Origin: Planctomycetota bacterium
GTDB taxonomy: Bacteria; Planctomycetota; B15-G4; SIAN01
Reading direction: 5' to 3'
Length of the DNA: 64,000 bases
NCBI GenBank assembly: GCA_031409275.1
Contig: JANNXA010000030.1
Span: forward strand, 1 to 64,000
Both the position numbers and the translations under genes were made by a program. The notes below the pieces were generated by a model. It worked only from the letters and a program-made list of their open reading frames with translations, had not been told where the DNA came from and did not search any database. Below are positions 39,601-49,239 of the stretch, one piece after another. Positions within the stretch are counted from its first letter, which is position 1, and each line of letters starts with the position of its first letter.

Positions 39601-41492
39601 CGGTGGAACTCCTGCTCCATTCGTTCGCGTCGATCGAGCGACGCGGTGAGCGGGAGTGGCAGGAGGAGATTCGCGGCAAGCCAGGCTCTTTCCTGCGAGT
39701 TCACGAGACCATCGGGCACGGCGCGTTATCCGGCGACAAGCTCGAGGGCGGCGAGGTGATCGTCGCCAGTCGATCGGTGCGCTGGATCGAGGACGCTGGC
39801 GCTGCAGCCGACGCCGCCGCGGCCCCCGCGACCGGCGCCGTCGCTGACAGCGACACGGCGCTCGCAACGACGCAGTTGCGACCAAGAGGCGGACCGTCAT
39901 CGGATGTCGCGCTGCTCGAATCGATGGCGCTCCACCTCGCGCCGTCCCCCCGCCCGCGCACCCTCCGGCTCTTCCAGTACCGAGGCCCCGAAAGCGACCT
40001 CGCGAAGCTCGAGGCGTACGTCGCGGCCCGCTCGCTCGACGCGGAGCCGCTCGATCTCGCGGCGCTGTCGAAGCCGGGTCCGGCGCGCTGGGGCGAGCCG
40101 CTCGTCACGCGCGGCACCGTCGCGCCCGATGACGCGGCCTACGTGGTCGACTCGCTCGAGCCGCCGTTCGAAAACCCGTGGCACGCGCTGCTCTACTTCA
40201 GCGGCATCGACTTCCTGCCCGACGGACGGGCGGCGGTCTGCAGCGCGCACGGTGACGTCTGGCTGGTCGGCGGGATCGACGCGAGCCTGCAGCGCGTGAC
40301 GTGGCAGCGCTTCGCGACCGGGCTTCACCAGCCGCTCGGATTGAAGGTGGTGGACGGGCGCGTGCTGATCGTCGGTCGCGACGGCCTCACGCGCCTGCAC
40401 GACCTGAACGGCGATGGCGAAGCCGACTGGTACGAAGCGTTCCAGCGCGACGTGGTCGAGACCGGTGGCGATCACCTCTTCGCGATGAACCTGGAGCAAC
40501 TGCCGGATGGCAGCCTCCTCTTCGTGAAGAGCGGCGATCGCGGCACGGAGCACGGCGGTGCGCTGCTGCGGGCGAGCGCCGATGGTGCGACTCTCTCGCG
40601 CTTCGCCACCGGCTGGCGCCACGGCAACGGGCTCGCGATCAGCTCCACCGGCGAGATCGTCACGAGCGACAACCAGGGCAACTGGGTGCCGAGCACGCGG
40701 CTCGACGTCGTGCGCGAAGGAGGCTTCCACGGCTACGTGCCGGCGTGGCGCGGCCGCGTCGAGATCGCGACGCACGCGGATGGAACGCCCGACGCCACGC
40801 CGACGACGTTCGATCCGCCGCTCTGCTGGATCCCCCACGAGGTCGACAACTCGGCTGGTTCGCCGATCCATTGCGAACGGCGCGACTTCGGGCCGCTTTC
40901 CCATCAATTGCTGCACCTGTCGTTTGGCAAGGCGCGTCTCTACGCGGTGCTGCGCGATGAACACGCCGCCGGCGTCGTCCCGCTGCCAGTCGACTTCCTC
41001 TCGGGGGCGATGCGCGGCGAGTTCAGCGCGAGTGACGGCGCGCTCTACGTGGTCGGCTGCGACGGCTGGCAGACAGCGGCGGTGCGCGACGGCTGCCTGC
41101 AGCGCGTCCGCTACACCGGCCTCCCCTTCCATCTGCCGAGCGAGCTGCACGTGCGGCGCGGCTGGATCTCGCTCGACTTCCCCGAACCGCTCGAGCGCGA
41201 GTCCGCCACGCGCCTCGATCGCTTCACGCTGACGCGCTGGAACTACCGCTGGAGCGGCGAGTACGGCAGCGCGAAGTACCGGCCGAGCATCGGCGACGGC
41301 CGCAGCGAGGTGGGCGAGGAAGCACTGCCGATCACGCGCGTCGAGCTCGCCCCGGACGCTCGCCGCCTCTTCCTCTTCGTCGACGACCTGCAACCGGTCG
41401 ACCAGATGCGCCTCACCTTCGACCTGCAAGCCGACGACGGCGCCATCGTGCGGGGCGCGGTCTACCCGACGGTGCATTCGATCGGGGAGTGA
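36651..41492 (+). CDS. ThuA-ThuA-LamG-DUF6797-like-beta-propeller multidomain protein (1613 aa)
   Basis: Two ThuA domains (DEFY..GGH; GHDHPAHDW..DELY..LLGH); LamG (DGEWHRI..LFVDG..DEI); propeller (FATGLHQPLGL, DNQGNWVP). No CxxCH seen. Confidence 0.85.
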   Translation: MVVQGGRDVVARLLLTLLATASIRFPEESDQAGALRLAPPLRRVLFLAGADDSHPPGTHEYAAAAIVLADALARSDVGSQVECEVHHGGWPADEAAIARADAIVLIAAGADQRREDHPFLLGERMAVVERAMARGCGLVVIHWGLFVPGDDPTLEPEILDASPAGRFLSWIGGFFDYERGPPPNGWKSRIVNRSHAVVAVDVDFPEPRHPVLNGFDYTLLIDDEFYDHLSFPLPERRKALHFTPLLARRDSTGGNGSAYDPNPSTLGDLIAFAVERPDGGRGVGFSGGHSLENYQPGRFQPFLLNAIAWTARLVIPPKGIAPPRDVPIRVKILTGHDHPAHDWRGVAATMHELLERDPRFEVTLATSIASSQIQIRNADDSPYVDAVVLACNHWDQPAESMGFTPFWQRALLDYVSDGGGLVLPHFAGSAFQAALPAGPASDWPAFRELLSARWWRYDAPASGHPASGHDDFGPFRVELTAERHPITAGATAWLAQDELYHSQAGTLSIAPLITAKSKQSGRYEPLAWAREVGRGRVFQSLLGHAPESYRSTGSARLFVRGVTWAAGVPLLELPGLEMRREADAGESKVRSGAGRDGAALDARLGHVETLGSDEFAARPGRSFTVECAARLFSTTNYNVLVTHQPHASAGHFDLDSRIGDGVFKAYLPGWEPSELPSPRAIVDGEWHRIAMQFDATASGRFDSPPIATVVLFVDGAEVLRATTRWRGRSDFVAGPLVVGASYEGTTPRCGSDALLDEIAVRRGLVAPTPREQVPTRDAATLLLETFDEPVPVASASPAVKAADLPWTPPPASGPDAPPWEKESDADWRDDRFAAMEYGRFLASTVRTPPSTGRERVAKGLTVKLGSANEVSWLFDTERCEFVAAWDGALQFEPARFGLLSAPTIPVAPLLFAAAGYDTARAAADRPVAAPRYRGRHRHGERVVLEYELAGAQLLESPSVVLPSESGLARPLLVRELEVGPNAEPVELLLHSFASIERRGEREWQEEIRGKPGSFLRVHETIGHGALSGDKLEGGEVIVASRSVRWIEDAGAAADAAAAPATGAVADSDTALATTQLRPRGGPSSDVALLESMALHLAPSPRPRTLRLFQYRGPESDLAKLEAYVAARSLDAEPLDLAALSKPGPARWGEPLVTRGTVAPDDAAYVVDSLEPPFENPWHALLYFSGIDFLPDGRAAVCSAHGDVWLVGGIDASLQRVTWQRFATGLHQPLGLKVVDGRVLIVGRDGLTRLHDLNGDGEADWYEAFQRDVVETGGDHLFAMNLEQLPDGSLLFVKSGDRGTEHGGALLRASADGATLSRFATGWRHGNGLAISSTGEIVTSDNQGNWVPSTRLDVVREGGFHGYVPAWRGRVEIATHADGTPDATPTTFDPPLCWIPHEVDNSAGSPIHCERRDFGPLSHQLLHLSFGKARLYAVLRDEHAAGVVPLPVDFLSGAMRGEFSASDGALYVVGCDGWQTAAVRDGCLQRVRYTGLPFHLPSELHVRRGWISLDFPEPLERESATRLDRFTLTRWNYRWSGEYGSAKYRPSIGDGRSEVGEEALPITRVELAPDARRLFLFVDDLQPVDQMRLTFDLQADDGAIVRGAVYPTVHSIGE

Positions 41493-41519
41493 GGGGCGCG
41501 CTGATCGGGGCATTCGGCC

Positions 41520-42196
41520 GCACGCATCCCCCTGCGGTTCCTGCCTCGGCCGCTCCGGTCCCCGACGTCGAGCTGCACGGGACCAGCAAGTTCTCGCGGC
41601 TCGAAGGTCGACGTTGGCCGCATCGACGGCAGCTCCGACCACGTAGTGAGCGGCGTCGGACACACGGTCGGTTCGCCCGCGTTCGAAGGCGCGATCGACG
41701 ACACCGTGCGTGCCCTGGAGGCGTGATCGACGCCACCCAGTTCGAGAATCCGTTCGGCTTCGTCACCGCGAGTTGCGATTGGAACCGCGACGGCGTCGAC
41801 GACCTCGCCGTCACGATCCTCTCCTGGTGGAACTACGCGCCGTCGCCGATCAACCCGGGCGCTGTCCGCATCTACCTCGGCTGCCCGGCCACGGCCGCGA
41901 GCTACGGCACAGGCTGGTTCGGCACGCAGCGCACGCCGACGCTCGGCCTGCTGCTGGTCGGCGTGGCCGACGCGAGCGTGCCGCTGAAGAGCGGCGCGAC
42001 GCTGCTGGTCGCCGCCCCGTCCACGATCCCGATCACGATTCCCGCGACCGGGTGGAGCGACACCGACACCGTCCCGAACGACCCCGTGCTCTGCTTCCTC
42101 GACCTCTACTTGCAGGTCGTCGAGCTCGACGCCGGAGCGGTCGGCCGCCTCTCGTTCACCAACGGCCTGCAGCTGCGGATCGGCTTCGACCTCTGA
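41520..42196 (+). pseudogene. Probable decayed FG-GAP protein gene (last repeat plus C-terminal domain)
   Basis: DWNRDGVDDLAV...GAVRIY, then a C-terminal domain ending SFTNGLQLRIG. No signal peptide; upstream coding-like text switches frame. Confidence 0.5.
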
Positions 42197-42222
42197 GCGC
42201 GGCGCGAGCCTATCGTCGCGGG

Positions 42223-43635
42223 ATGGACACCCTCCTCGCATCGATCGTGCTCGCGTTCCAGGCGGCCGCGGATGGCCCCGCGCACCCCACGCGCCCCGGC
42301 TTCGCGATCGTCGCGCCTGCGGCATGGCGAGACGCGCTCGCGCCGTTCGCGCAAGCGCGCGCGGAGCAGTGGCGTGTCGAGCTGCTTTCGATCGAGGAGG
42401 TGCTGGCGGCCGGAGCCGCGGCAAACGACGCAGCGGTCGGAGCCGATGCTCCCGAGCGGCTCAAGCGCTGGCTCTACGACGGTTGGCGCGAACGCGGGCT
42501 CACTCACGTGCTGCTGGTCGGCGACTGCGACGTGCTGCCGGTGCGTTTCATGGTGCTCGATCGCGGCACGCCGGCGGCGGCGGATCGCGCCTTCTACGCG
42601 TGCGACCTCTATTACGCCGACGTCGCGCGCGACGACGGCAGCTTCGATGACTGGAATGGCGCCGATCTGGCCGCCGGCGGCGATCCGCGCTACTTCGGCG
42701 AAGTGCGGGGCGAGACGGAGAAGAGCTCGCCGATCAACTTCGACCGCATCTCCTACATCCCCGAACTCGCCGTCGGACGGTGGCCGGTCAGCGAGCTCGC
42801 CGCGCTGAACGCGGTGGTCGCGAAGACGCTCGCGTGGCGACCGAGCGAGCCGGCGCCGCGTGCGCTGGCGGTGCACGCCGGCGGCTGGATCGACGCGCGC
42901 GGCCCCGTGCAGGCAATGCTCGAAACGCTCGCCAGCAGCGGCTTCGCGACGTCGCATCAGCTCTTCGGCGATGAGGGTGGCGTGCCGACTCCGGCCAGCG
43001 TGAGCAGCGCGGTCGGCGGCGGCCTCGATCTCCTCTTCCACCTCGGGCACGGTTTCCCCGAAGGGTTCGATCGCTGCTTCGGCCCCGCCGAAGTCGATGC
43101 CTCGCGCAGCGCCCATCCCGCCGTCTGGTTCTCGGTGGGCTGCAACACCGCGTCGTTCTGCACCGAGCCGCCCTACCAGCCCTACGTCGACAGCGACGGG
43201 GTCGCGCATCGCGGCACGAACGCCGGCGAGCAGTTCACCGCGCCGCCCCCGCCACCCGCCTGCCTGTAACCCGGCTCGCTGAACTCGACCGGCGTCGGCG
43301 AAAGGCTGCTGCGCCTGCCCACCGGCGGCGCCATCGCCTACCTTGGCTGCAACACCGGCGCGCAACCGTGCGCCGTGACGCTGATGGAGGGGTTCGTGCA
43401 AGCGCTCGCGGCGCCGCCAGATGCGCCGGCGGGCGGCGTTGCCGCGGCCGCGGCCGGCGCCGCTCGCGCTGTCGGGCCCACCATCGGCGCGGCGTGGCGC
43501 GCCGCGCTCCACCACTACTTCGAGGCGCAGCAGCTCGCGACGCTGCAGCCGAACGCCGACTGGTATCCGCCGAGCATCTTCTTCCAGGGCATGAAGTTCA
43601 TGCTGTTCGGCGATCCGACGCTGCGGCTGCGTTGA
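42223..43635 (+). pseudogene. Peptidase C25 (gingipain-like) gene interrupted by in-frame TAA at 43267-43269
   Basis: VLLVGD..VLP, DLYY, PELAVGRWP, GHG and GCNT lie before the stop. GERLL...GGAIAYLG and LFGDP continue in the same frame after it. Confidence 0.85.
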
Positions 43636-43644
43636 GCGTTTCGT

Positions 43645-46368
43645 TCAGCCTCGCGCCTCGCATGCGCGACGCGCTTCGTCGATCGAGATGCGAACGGTGT
43701 CGGCAGGGAGGCCGAACCACGCGTCGGGATCGCAGGTGAAGACGATCAGCTGCAGCGACTCGGCGGCGCGCGCGAGGATCGGCAGCAGCTTGCCGCGGCG
43801 GCCGGGATCGCAGTTCACCAGCGGATCGTCGAGCAGCAGCGCGTGGCGGCCATGCTGCGCCGCCCACAGCTCGCCGAGCGCGATGCGCGTCAGCAACGCC
43901 ACCTGATCCTGCGTGCCGGCGGAGAGGCGCTCGGTCTCGATCGGCGCGCGTTCGCCGCGGGCAAGCTGTTCTGGCAAGAGCCGCTCGCCGAAGAGCACCT
44001 CGCTCTTCGCGCCCAGCAGCGGTGTCAACATGCGCGACACCTTGTTCGCCAACGGCCGCACCAGCAGCTCGAGCTGGCCTTGCTGCGCGGCGTCGAGGCG
44101 AGTGCGCAGCAGGTCGGTCGCGGCGGCGTCGAGCTCGGCACGCGCGAGCGCCTCGGCGTTGGCCGCTCGACGCGCTTCGAGCTCGCCCTGCTGCTGCCAC
44201 AGCGCGTCGCGCTGCAGCTGCTCGAGACGGCCGCGCAGCCGCGCCTGCTCGTCGCGCTCGGTCGCTCGTTGAGTGTCGAGGTCGGTCAGCGCCTGCTCCG
44301 CGGCGTTCGCTTCCGCATCGGCATCGCCGAGCCGTTCGCGCTCATCGGTGAGCGCCTTCGTCGCGGCGCGACGGTCGAGGAGCCGTCGCTGCGCCTGCTC
44401 CGCGGCGGTGGCGCGCGCGCCGTCGTCGAGGCCATCCGCCAGCAGCCGCTCGAGTTCACGCTCGATCGAAGCGAGCGTCGCCTGCGCCACTGCCTGCGCC
44501 TGGGCCGATTTCGCCTCGCGCTCGCGCTCGCTCTCCCGTTGCGCGATGGCGCGCTGGTGAGCCGTACGCGCGGCCAGCAGCGTCAGGTCGAGCTGACGAC
44601 GCCGATCGGCCAGCGCATCGCGTTGCGCCGCCAGCGTGGCTTCGCTCGGCGGCGCGCTGCTCCATTGCGGATGGAGTTCGATCAGCCGCTGGGCGATGGC
44701 CTGCTCGCGCACGCGCTGCTCGCTCGCGGCGCGGCGAGCGGTGTCGTCGACGAAGCGCTCGGCGCGCGCCTTCGCCAACTGCGCCAGCTCCGCTTCGATC
44801 GCCTGCCGTTCCTGCGCCAGCTCTTCGAGCGCCTCGGGATCGCTGGTCGCGAAGGGGCGCGCCGCGGCGTCGAGCTCGATCGTCAACGCGCGTTGCCGCT
44901 GCTCGAGCAGCGCGCGCTCCGCGACCTCGGGCCCGCGCACCACCATGCGACCGATGCCGGCGAGCTCGAACGCGAGCGGATCTCCGCCGCGCAGTTCGAA
45001 CGTCGCGCCGGTCGCGACCGCGGTCGGCCCCTCCGGCGCACGCAGTTCGAGATCGCGCTCGGCGGTCAGCGTCACGCGCAGCTCGAACGCCGCGAGACGG
45101 CGCGCAAGATCGGCGCGCTCGTCGACCAGCTTGCGCACGCGCTTCACGTCGTCGCGACGCGGACGCGCACGCTCGGCGAGGCGACCCTCCTGCGCCACCT
45201 GCTGCACCGCGAGTTCGCGATCCTGGGTCAGCCGCGAGTCGAGCTGGGCGATGGCCACTCGCGCGCGTTGCAGCTCGATCCCGTCGCGTTGCTGCGCCTC
45301 GTCGACCTCGAGTGATTGGCGCTGGCGCTCGACTTCGGATTCGGCCGCTCGCGCCTGTTCGATCTCCTTCACCGACCAGGCGAGCGCATCGCGATGTCGC
45401 TTGAGCTCCACCTCCGCTTCCGCCTTGGCGTTGGCGGCCTGCGTTCGCGCGAGGCGATTCGTCGCGACCGCGCCGAGGGAGCGCGCGGCCTGCTCCGCCG
45501 ACTGGATGGCCGCCTGCTCGAGTTCACCGGCCGCGGCCAGCTGCTGGTCGAGCGTGCGGGCACGATCGCGAGCGTGGCGCGCCGCCGCACGCCGTCGCTC
45601 GAACTCGATGCGTCGTTGCGCGAGCTGCGCCGCGCGCACCGGATCGGGCGTGAGGCCTTGCTCGATGCGGTGCACCTCGGCGAGGCGTTGATCGAGGAGG
45701 AGCGCCGATTCGCTCAGCGCCGCGGCTTCGCGCCTCGCGACGTCGAGCGGCGAACCCTTCTTCTCGCCGCGTCCCTTGTCGGTGAAGAGCTCCGACCAGC
45801 GCTTGCGCACGCGCGCGAGCAGTTCGTGCGTGCCGCTGGTCGTGAGGACGCCGCCCATCAGCGGGAGCAGCTGCTCGCGCGTGCGCTCTCCCAACGCGGC
45901 GCCGAAGCGCAGCCGCCCTTGCGGCACCAGCAGGATCTCCGCGATGCCGCGCAGTTCGGGGCCGCCGAGCCCGCGTCCGGCGTACGCGAAGTCGAGTCGC
46001 TGGCGCAGCGCGTCGTCGGCCGCTTCGCCGTCCGCGATCGGCTCGAACCGCTCGCCGCGCCATTCCGCGAGCTCCGCGCTCGGCTTGCTGACGAACTGCT
46101 TGCGCAGCCGAAGTCGCCGTCCGCCCGTTTCGAGCTCGATCTCGACGCGCGGCGCGACGGCGGCGCCACGCGGGACGATCGCCGCCTCGACTTCCGCGCC
46201 TCCGGTGCGATGGCGCTGGAAGAGGGCGTGCTCGATCGCGGCCAGCAGTGTCGACTTGCCCGCTTCGTTGGGACCGTGGATCAGCGTGATGCGCGCGCCG
46301 AACGTGGAGATCAGCGCGCCAGGGTTGAGTCCGGCGAAACGCTCGACGAGGAGGCGATGCAGGATCAT
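43645..46368 (-). CDS. SbcC/YhaN-like SMC-family ATPase
   Basis: GPNEAGKS, long coiled coil, LSAGT signature, LLLDD Walker B; no CxxC hook seen. Confidence 0.9.
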   Translation of the reverse strand: MILHRLLVERFAGLNPGALISTFGARITLIHGPNEAGKSTLLAAIEHALFQRHRTGGAEVEAAIVPRGAAVAPRVEIELETGGRRLRLRKQFVSKPSAELAEWRGERFEPIADGEAADDALRQRLDFAYAGRGLGGPELRGIAEILLVPQGRLRFGAALGERTREQLLPLMGGVLTTSGTHELLARVRKRWSELFTDKGRGEKKGSPLDVARREAAALSESALLLDQRLAEVHRIEQGLTPDPVRAAQLAQRRIEFERRRAAARHARDRARTLDQQLAAAGELEQAAIQSAEQAARSLGAVATNRLARTQAANAKAEAEVELKRHRDALAWSVKEIEQARAAESEVERQRQSLEVDEAQQRDGIELQRARVAIAQLDSRLTQDRELAVQQVAQEGRLAERARPRRDDVKRVRKLVDERADLARRLAAFELRVTLTAERDLELRAPEGPTAVATGATFELRGGDPLAFELAGIGRMVVRGPEVAERALLEQRQRALTIELDAAARPFATSDPEALEELAQERQAIEAELAQLAKARAERFVDDTARRAASEQRVREQAIAQRLIELHPQWSSAPPSEATLAAQRDALADRRRQLDLTLLAARTAHQRAIAQRESEREREAKSAQAQAVAQATLASIERELERLLADGLDDGARATAAEQAQRRLLDRRAATKALTDERERLGDADAEANAAEQALTDLDTQRATERDEQARLRGRLEQLQRDALWQQQGELEARRAANAEALARAELDAAATDLLRTRLDAAQQGQLELLVRPLANKVSRMLTPLLGAKSEVLFGERLLPEQLARGERAPIETERLSAGTQDQVALLTRIALGELWAAQHGRHALLLDDPLVNCDPGRRGKLLPILARAAESLQLIVFTCDPDAWFGLPADTVRISIDEARRACEARG

Positions 46369-47546
46369 CGGGGCGCCTCGCCGCGCGCTTGCGCGTGAAG
46401 CTCGAACAGGAGATCGAGCGCGCGCTGCGCCACGGCAGCGGCGTGCGCGTCGGCGCCGAGCGACGTCGCCTCGATTAGCAACGTGCGCGCGGCGGTCTGC
46501 GGCGCACCGGCCGGAAGCTGCTCGATCCAGTCCGCGCCATCGGGCCTCGTGACGAGGCCCTCGGTCCGCAAGCGCGCGTGGAGGAAGCGACCGCTCGCCA
46601 GGACGCGCAGTGCCTCGACCGCGGCGCGCTCCGCGGTGGTGAGCGCACCTTCGAGCCGCAGATCGAGCAGCACGCTGTCGCGCGAAGCGGCCGGCTCCGC
46701 GTCGAGCTCGCGGCGCAAGGCCTCGATCGCGGCAGCGTCCGCCAGTCGGCGCGCGGCGGGCTGGCGCCACTCGAGCTTCGCGGTCCGCAGCGCCTCGATC
46801 TGCGGTGGAGCACCGGGTGTCGTCAACGTCACCAGCAGGCACTCGCCGCTCTCGCCTTGCTCGTTGCGCTCGCCAAACGCCGTCGGCTCATGCGCGCTGC
46901 AATAGGCCGCGCGCACGACCCCGTCGACCGCGTAACGCGACGGACGATGCCAGTGGCCGAGCGCCAGCCAATCGAGGCCAGCGCGTGTGACGTGGCGCAG
47001 GTCGAGCGGGAAGTCGCCGGCGATCTCGTCATCGGGTGCCGCCGCGCCGCGCACGGAACCATGGGCGACGCCGATGCGAAAGCGCTCGCGAGGCGAACCG
47101 GACGGCGGTGCATCGGGGAGCGTGGCGAGCGGATCGTCGGTCGATTTGCGCGTGCGCAGCGGGCAGGCGAAGAGATCGGCGTGCCCGACCGCGTAGGGAC
47201 CCGGCTCGCGCAACACGGTGACCTTCGCCCCGGCGTCGCGCCACGCCGGGTGGTCGAACAGCCCGCCCGGCACGAGGGGATCGTGGTTGGCGGGCAGGAC
47301 GAAGACGGGCGCCGCGCTGACGCGCAGGAGGTCGACGACCTCCTGCACCAGCGCTGGGGCAACCGTGGTGTGCTCGAAGGTGTCGCCGGCGAGGATCAGC
47401 GCGTCGACGCCGCGCTCGTTCGCCAACGCGACGACGCGGCGTGCCGATTCGAGCCGCGCTGCCTGGATCCGCGCCGCCACGGGGCCGGCGTGGGCCGCCT
47501 TCATCCCCATCTGCCAGTCGGCCGTGTGCAGGAGCCGGAAGGTCAT
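46365..47546 (-). CDS. SbcD/Mre11/YhaO-like DNA repair nuclease
   Basis: HTADWQ, AGDTF, ANHD, AHG, LGHWH; stop overlaps the ATPase start. Confidence 0.92.
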   Translation of the reverse strand: MTFRLLHTADWQMGMKAAHAGPVAARIQAARLESARRVVALANERGVDALILAGDTFEHTTVAPALVQEVVDLLRVSAAPVFVLPANHDPLVPGGLFDHPAWRDAGAKVTVLREPGPYAVGHADLFACPLRTRKSTDDPLATLPDAPPSGSPRERFRIGVAHGSVRGAAAPDDEIAGDFPLDLRHVTRAGLDWLALGHWHRPSRYAVDGVVRAAYCSAHEPTAFGERNEQGESGECLLVTLTTPGAPPQIEALRTAKLEWRQPAARRLADAAAIEALRRELDAEPAASRDSVLLDLRLEGALTTAERAAVEALRVLASGRFLHARLRTEGLVTRPDGADWIEQLPAGAPQTAARTLLIEATSLGADAHAAAVAQRALDLLFELHAQARGEAPR

Positions 47547-47589
47547 GGCGACAGAGGTTATAGAAGCGCGCCACCTGCGGAGCTGCGCC

Positions 47590-49215
47590 GTGAACCCATC
47601 GATCGTCTGCGCACGTTTCGTCGCCGCCTGGCTGATGGTCGGCGCCCTCGCGCACGCGCAACTCGGCCCGCCGCCGGCACCGCCCGAGAACCCGATCACG
47701 GCGGAGAAGGCGCTCCTCGGCAAGATCCTCTTCTGGGACGAGCAGCTGTCGAGCGACCGAACGATGGCGTGCGGCAGCTGTCACCAGCCACGAGTCGGCG
47801 GCTCCGATCCGGCCACCTTTCGCAGCGCCGGGTACGACGGACAGCTCTTCACGCGTGACGATCGATTCGGCTCGCCGGGCGTTCGTCTCGCGGACGCAAG
47901 CGGTGCCTACCTTCGCTCTGGCGTGGGCTTCGAGCGGCAGGTGACCGACCGGCTCGCGCCCGAGTTCATGACGGCCGCCTTCTTCGACGAGCTCTTCTGG
48001 GATGGCCGCGCAAAGGGCCGCTTCGTCGATCCGGCCACCGGCAAGCAGGCGATCGCCAGCGGCGGCGCACTCGAGAGCCAGCTGGTCGGACCGCCGGTCT
48101 CCGCCGTCGAAATGGGCCACGCCGGCCGCGCCTGGAGCGACATCGAACTCCTCCTCGCCGACGTCTCGCCGCTGGCTCTCGCGAGCGATTGGCCGAGCGA
48201 CGTCGCCGCCGCGCTCGCCCGTGATCCCACCTATCCCGACCTCTTTCGCAGCGCCTTCGGCGACCCCGCGATCAGCACCACGCGGATCGCCTTCGCCATC
48301 GCCACCTACGAGCGCACCTTGGCGCCGCGCAAGACGCCGTGGGATCTATGGACCGCCGGCAGTCCGCTCGCGTTGAGCGCGGCGCAGCAGCGCGGCCTGA
48401 CCGTGTTCCAGGGCAAGGGGCGCTGCGCCATGTGCCACACGCCGCCGCTCTTCTCCGACGACAACTTCCATCAGATCGGCAGCTCGCCGTGGCAGGACGA
48501 TGCCGGCCGCGCGAAGGTCACCGGCCGCTTCGCCGATCGCGGCCGCTTCAAGACGCCGACGCTGCGCAACGCGGGCCTGCGGCCGCGCTTCCTGCACGAC
48601 GGCCGCTTCCAGACGCTGCAGCAGGTGATCGACTTCTACGTGCGCGGCGGCGACTTCCGCGACAACCTCGACGTGCTGATGCTGCCGGTCGCACTGACCG
48701 TCGACGAGCAGCTCGACCTGCTCGATTTCCTGGCGAACGGCCTCACCGATCCCGACGTCGCCAGCGAGAGCGGCCTCTACTCACGGCCAGCGCTGCATGC
48801 CGAGCGAGCGCCCAATCCGTCGCTCTACGGCGAAGGCAGCGCGGGCAGCGGCGGGATCGAGCCACGCCTGATCGCGCAGACGCCGCCACAGCTCGGCCAT
48901 GAGACGTTTCGGCTGGCGATCGTCGACGGGCTCGGCGGGGCGGCGGCGCTGCTGGCGCTGGCGAGCGAGGAGGCGCCGGCCGGCAGCGACTGGAACGGCA
49001 TCCCGCTCCACGTCGCCTGCGATCCGCTGCCCTATCTCGTCCCGCTGGTGCTGTCGGGAAACGGGGCGGGCACCGGCGATGCCACCTTCGTGCTGCCGCT
49101 CGCGGATGACCCCGCGCTCCTGGGCGCGGAGTGGTATGCGCAGGCGTTCGTCGAGGATTCGAATGCGATCGGCGGCTGGTCGGCGACGTCGGGAGCGAAG
49201 TGCGTCTTCGAGTAG
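47590..49215 (+). CDS. Di-heme cytochrome c peroxidase/MauG-superfamily protein with extra C-terminal domain
   Basis: LGKILFWD..LS, CGSCH, FWDGRA, CAMCH, FKTPTLRN..HDG; signal peptide. Confidence 0.92.
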   Translation: MNPSIVCARFVAAWLMVGALAHAQLGPPPAPPENPITAEKALLGKILFWDEQLSSDRTMACGSCHQPRVGGSDPATFRSAGYDGQLFTRDDRFGSPGVRLADASGAYLRSGVGFERQVTDRLAPEFMTAAFFDELFWDGRAKGRFVDPATGKQAIASGGALESQLVGPPVSAVEMGHAGRAWSDIELLLADVSPLALASDWPSDVAAALARDPTYPDLFRSAFGDPAISTTRIAFAIATYERTLAPRKTPWDLWTAGSPLALSAAQQRGLTVFQGKGRCAMCHTPPLFSDDNFHQIGSSPWQDDAGRAKVTGRFADRGRFKTPTLRNAGLRPRFLHDGRFQTLQQVIDFYVRGGDFRDNLDVLMLPVALTVDEQLDLLDFLANGLTDPDVASESGLYSRPALHAERAPNPSLYGEGSAGSGGIEPRLIAQTPPQLGHETFRLAIVDGLGGAAALLALASEEAPAGSDWNGIPLHVACDPLPYLVPLVLSGNGAGTGDATFVLPLADDPALLGAEWYAQAFVEDSNAIGGWSATSGAKCVFE

Positions 49216-49239
49216 GCGACGCTCACGAAGGCGACAAGC

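Noticed and set aside
43267..43269. Recoding of the TAA in the C25 peptidase
   Set aside because: TAA serves as a normal stop elsewhere in the window (700-702, 28364-28366), and no Sec or Pyl mechanism applies to it.
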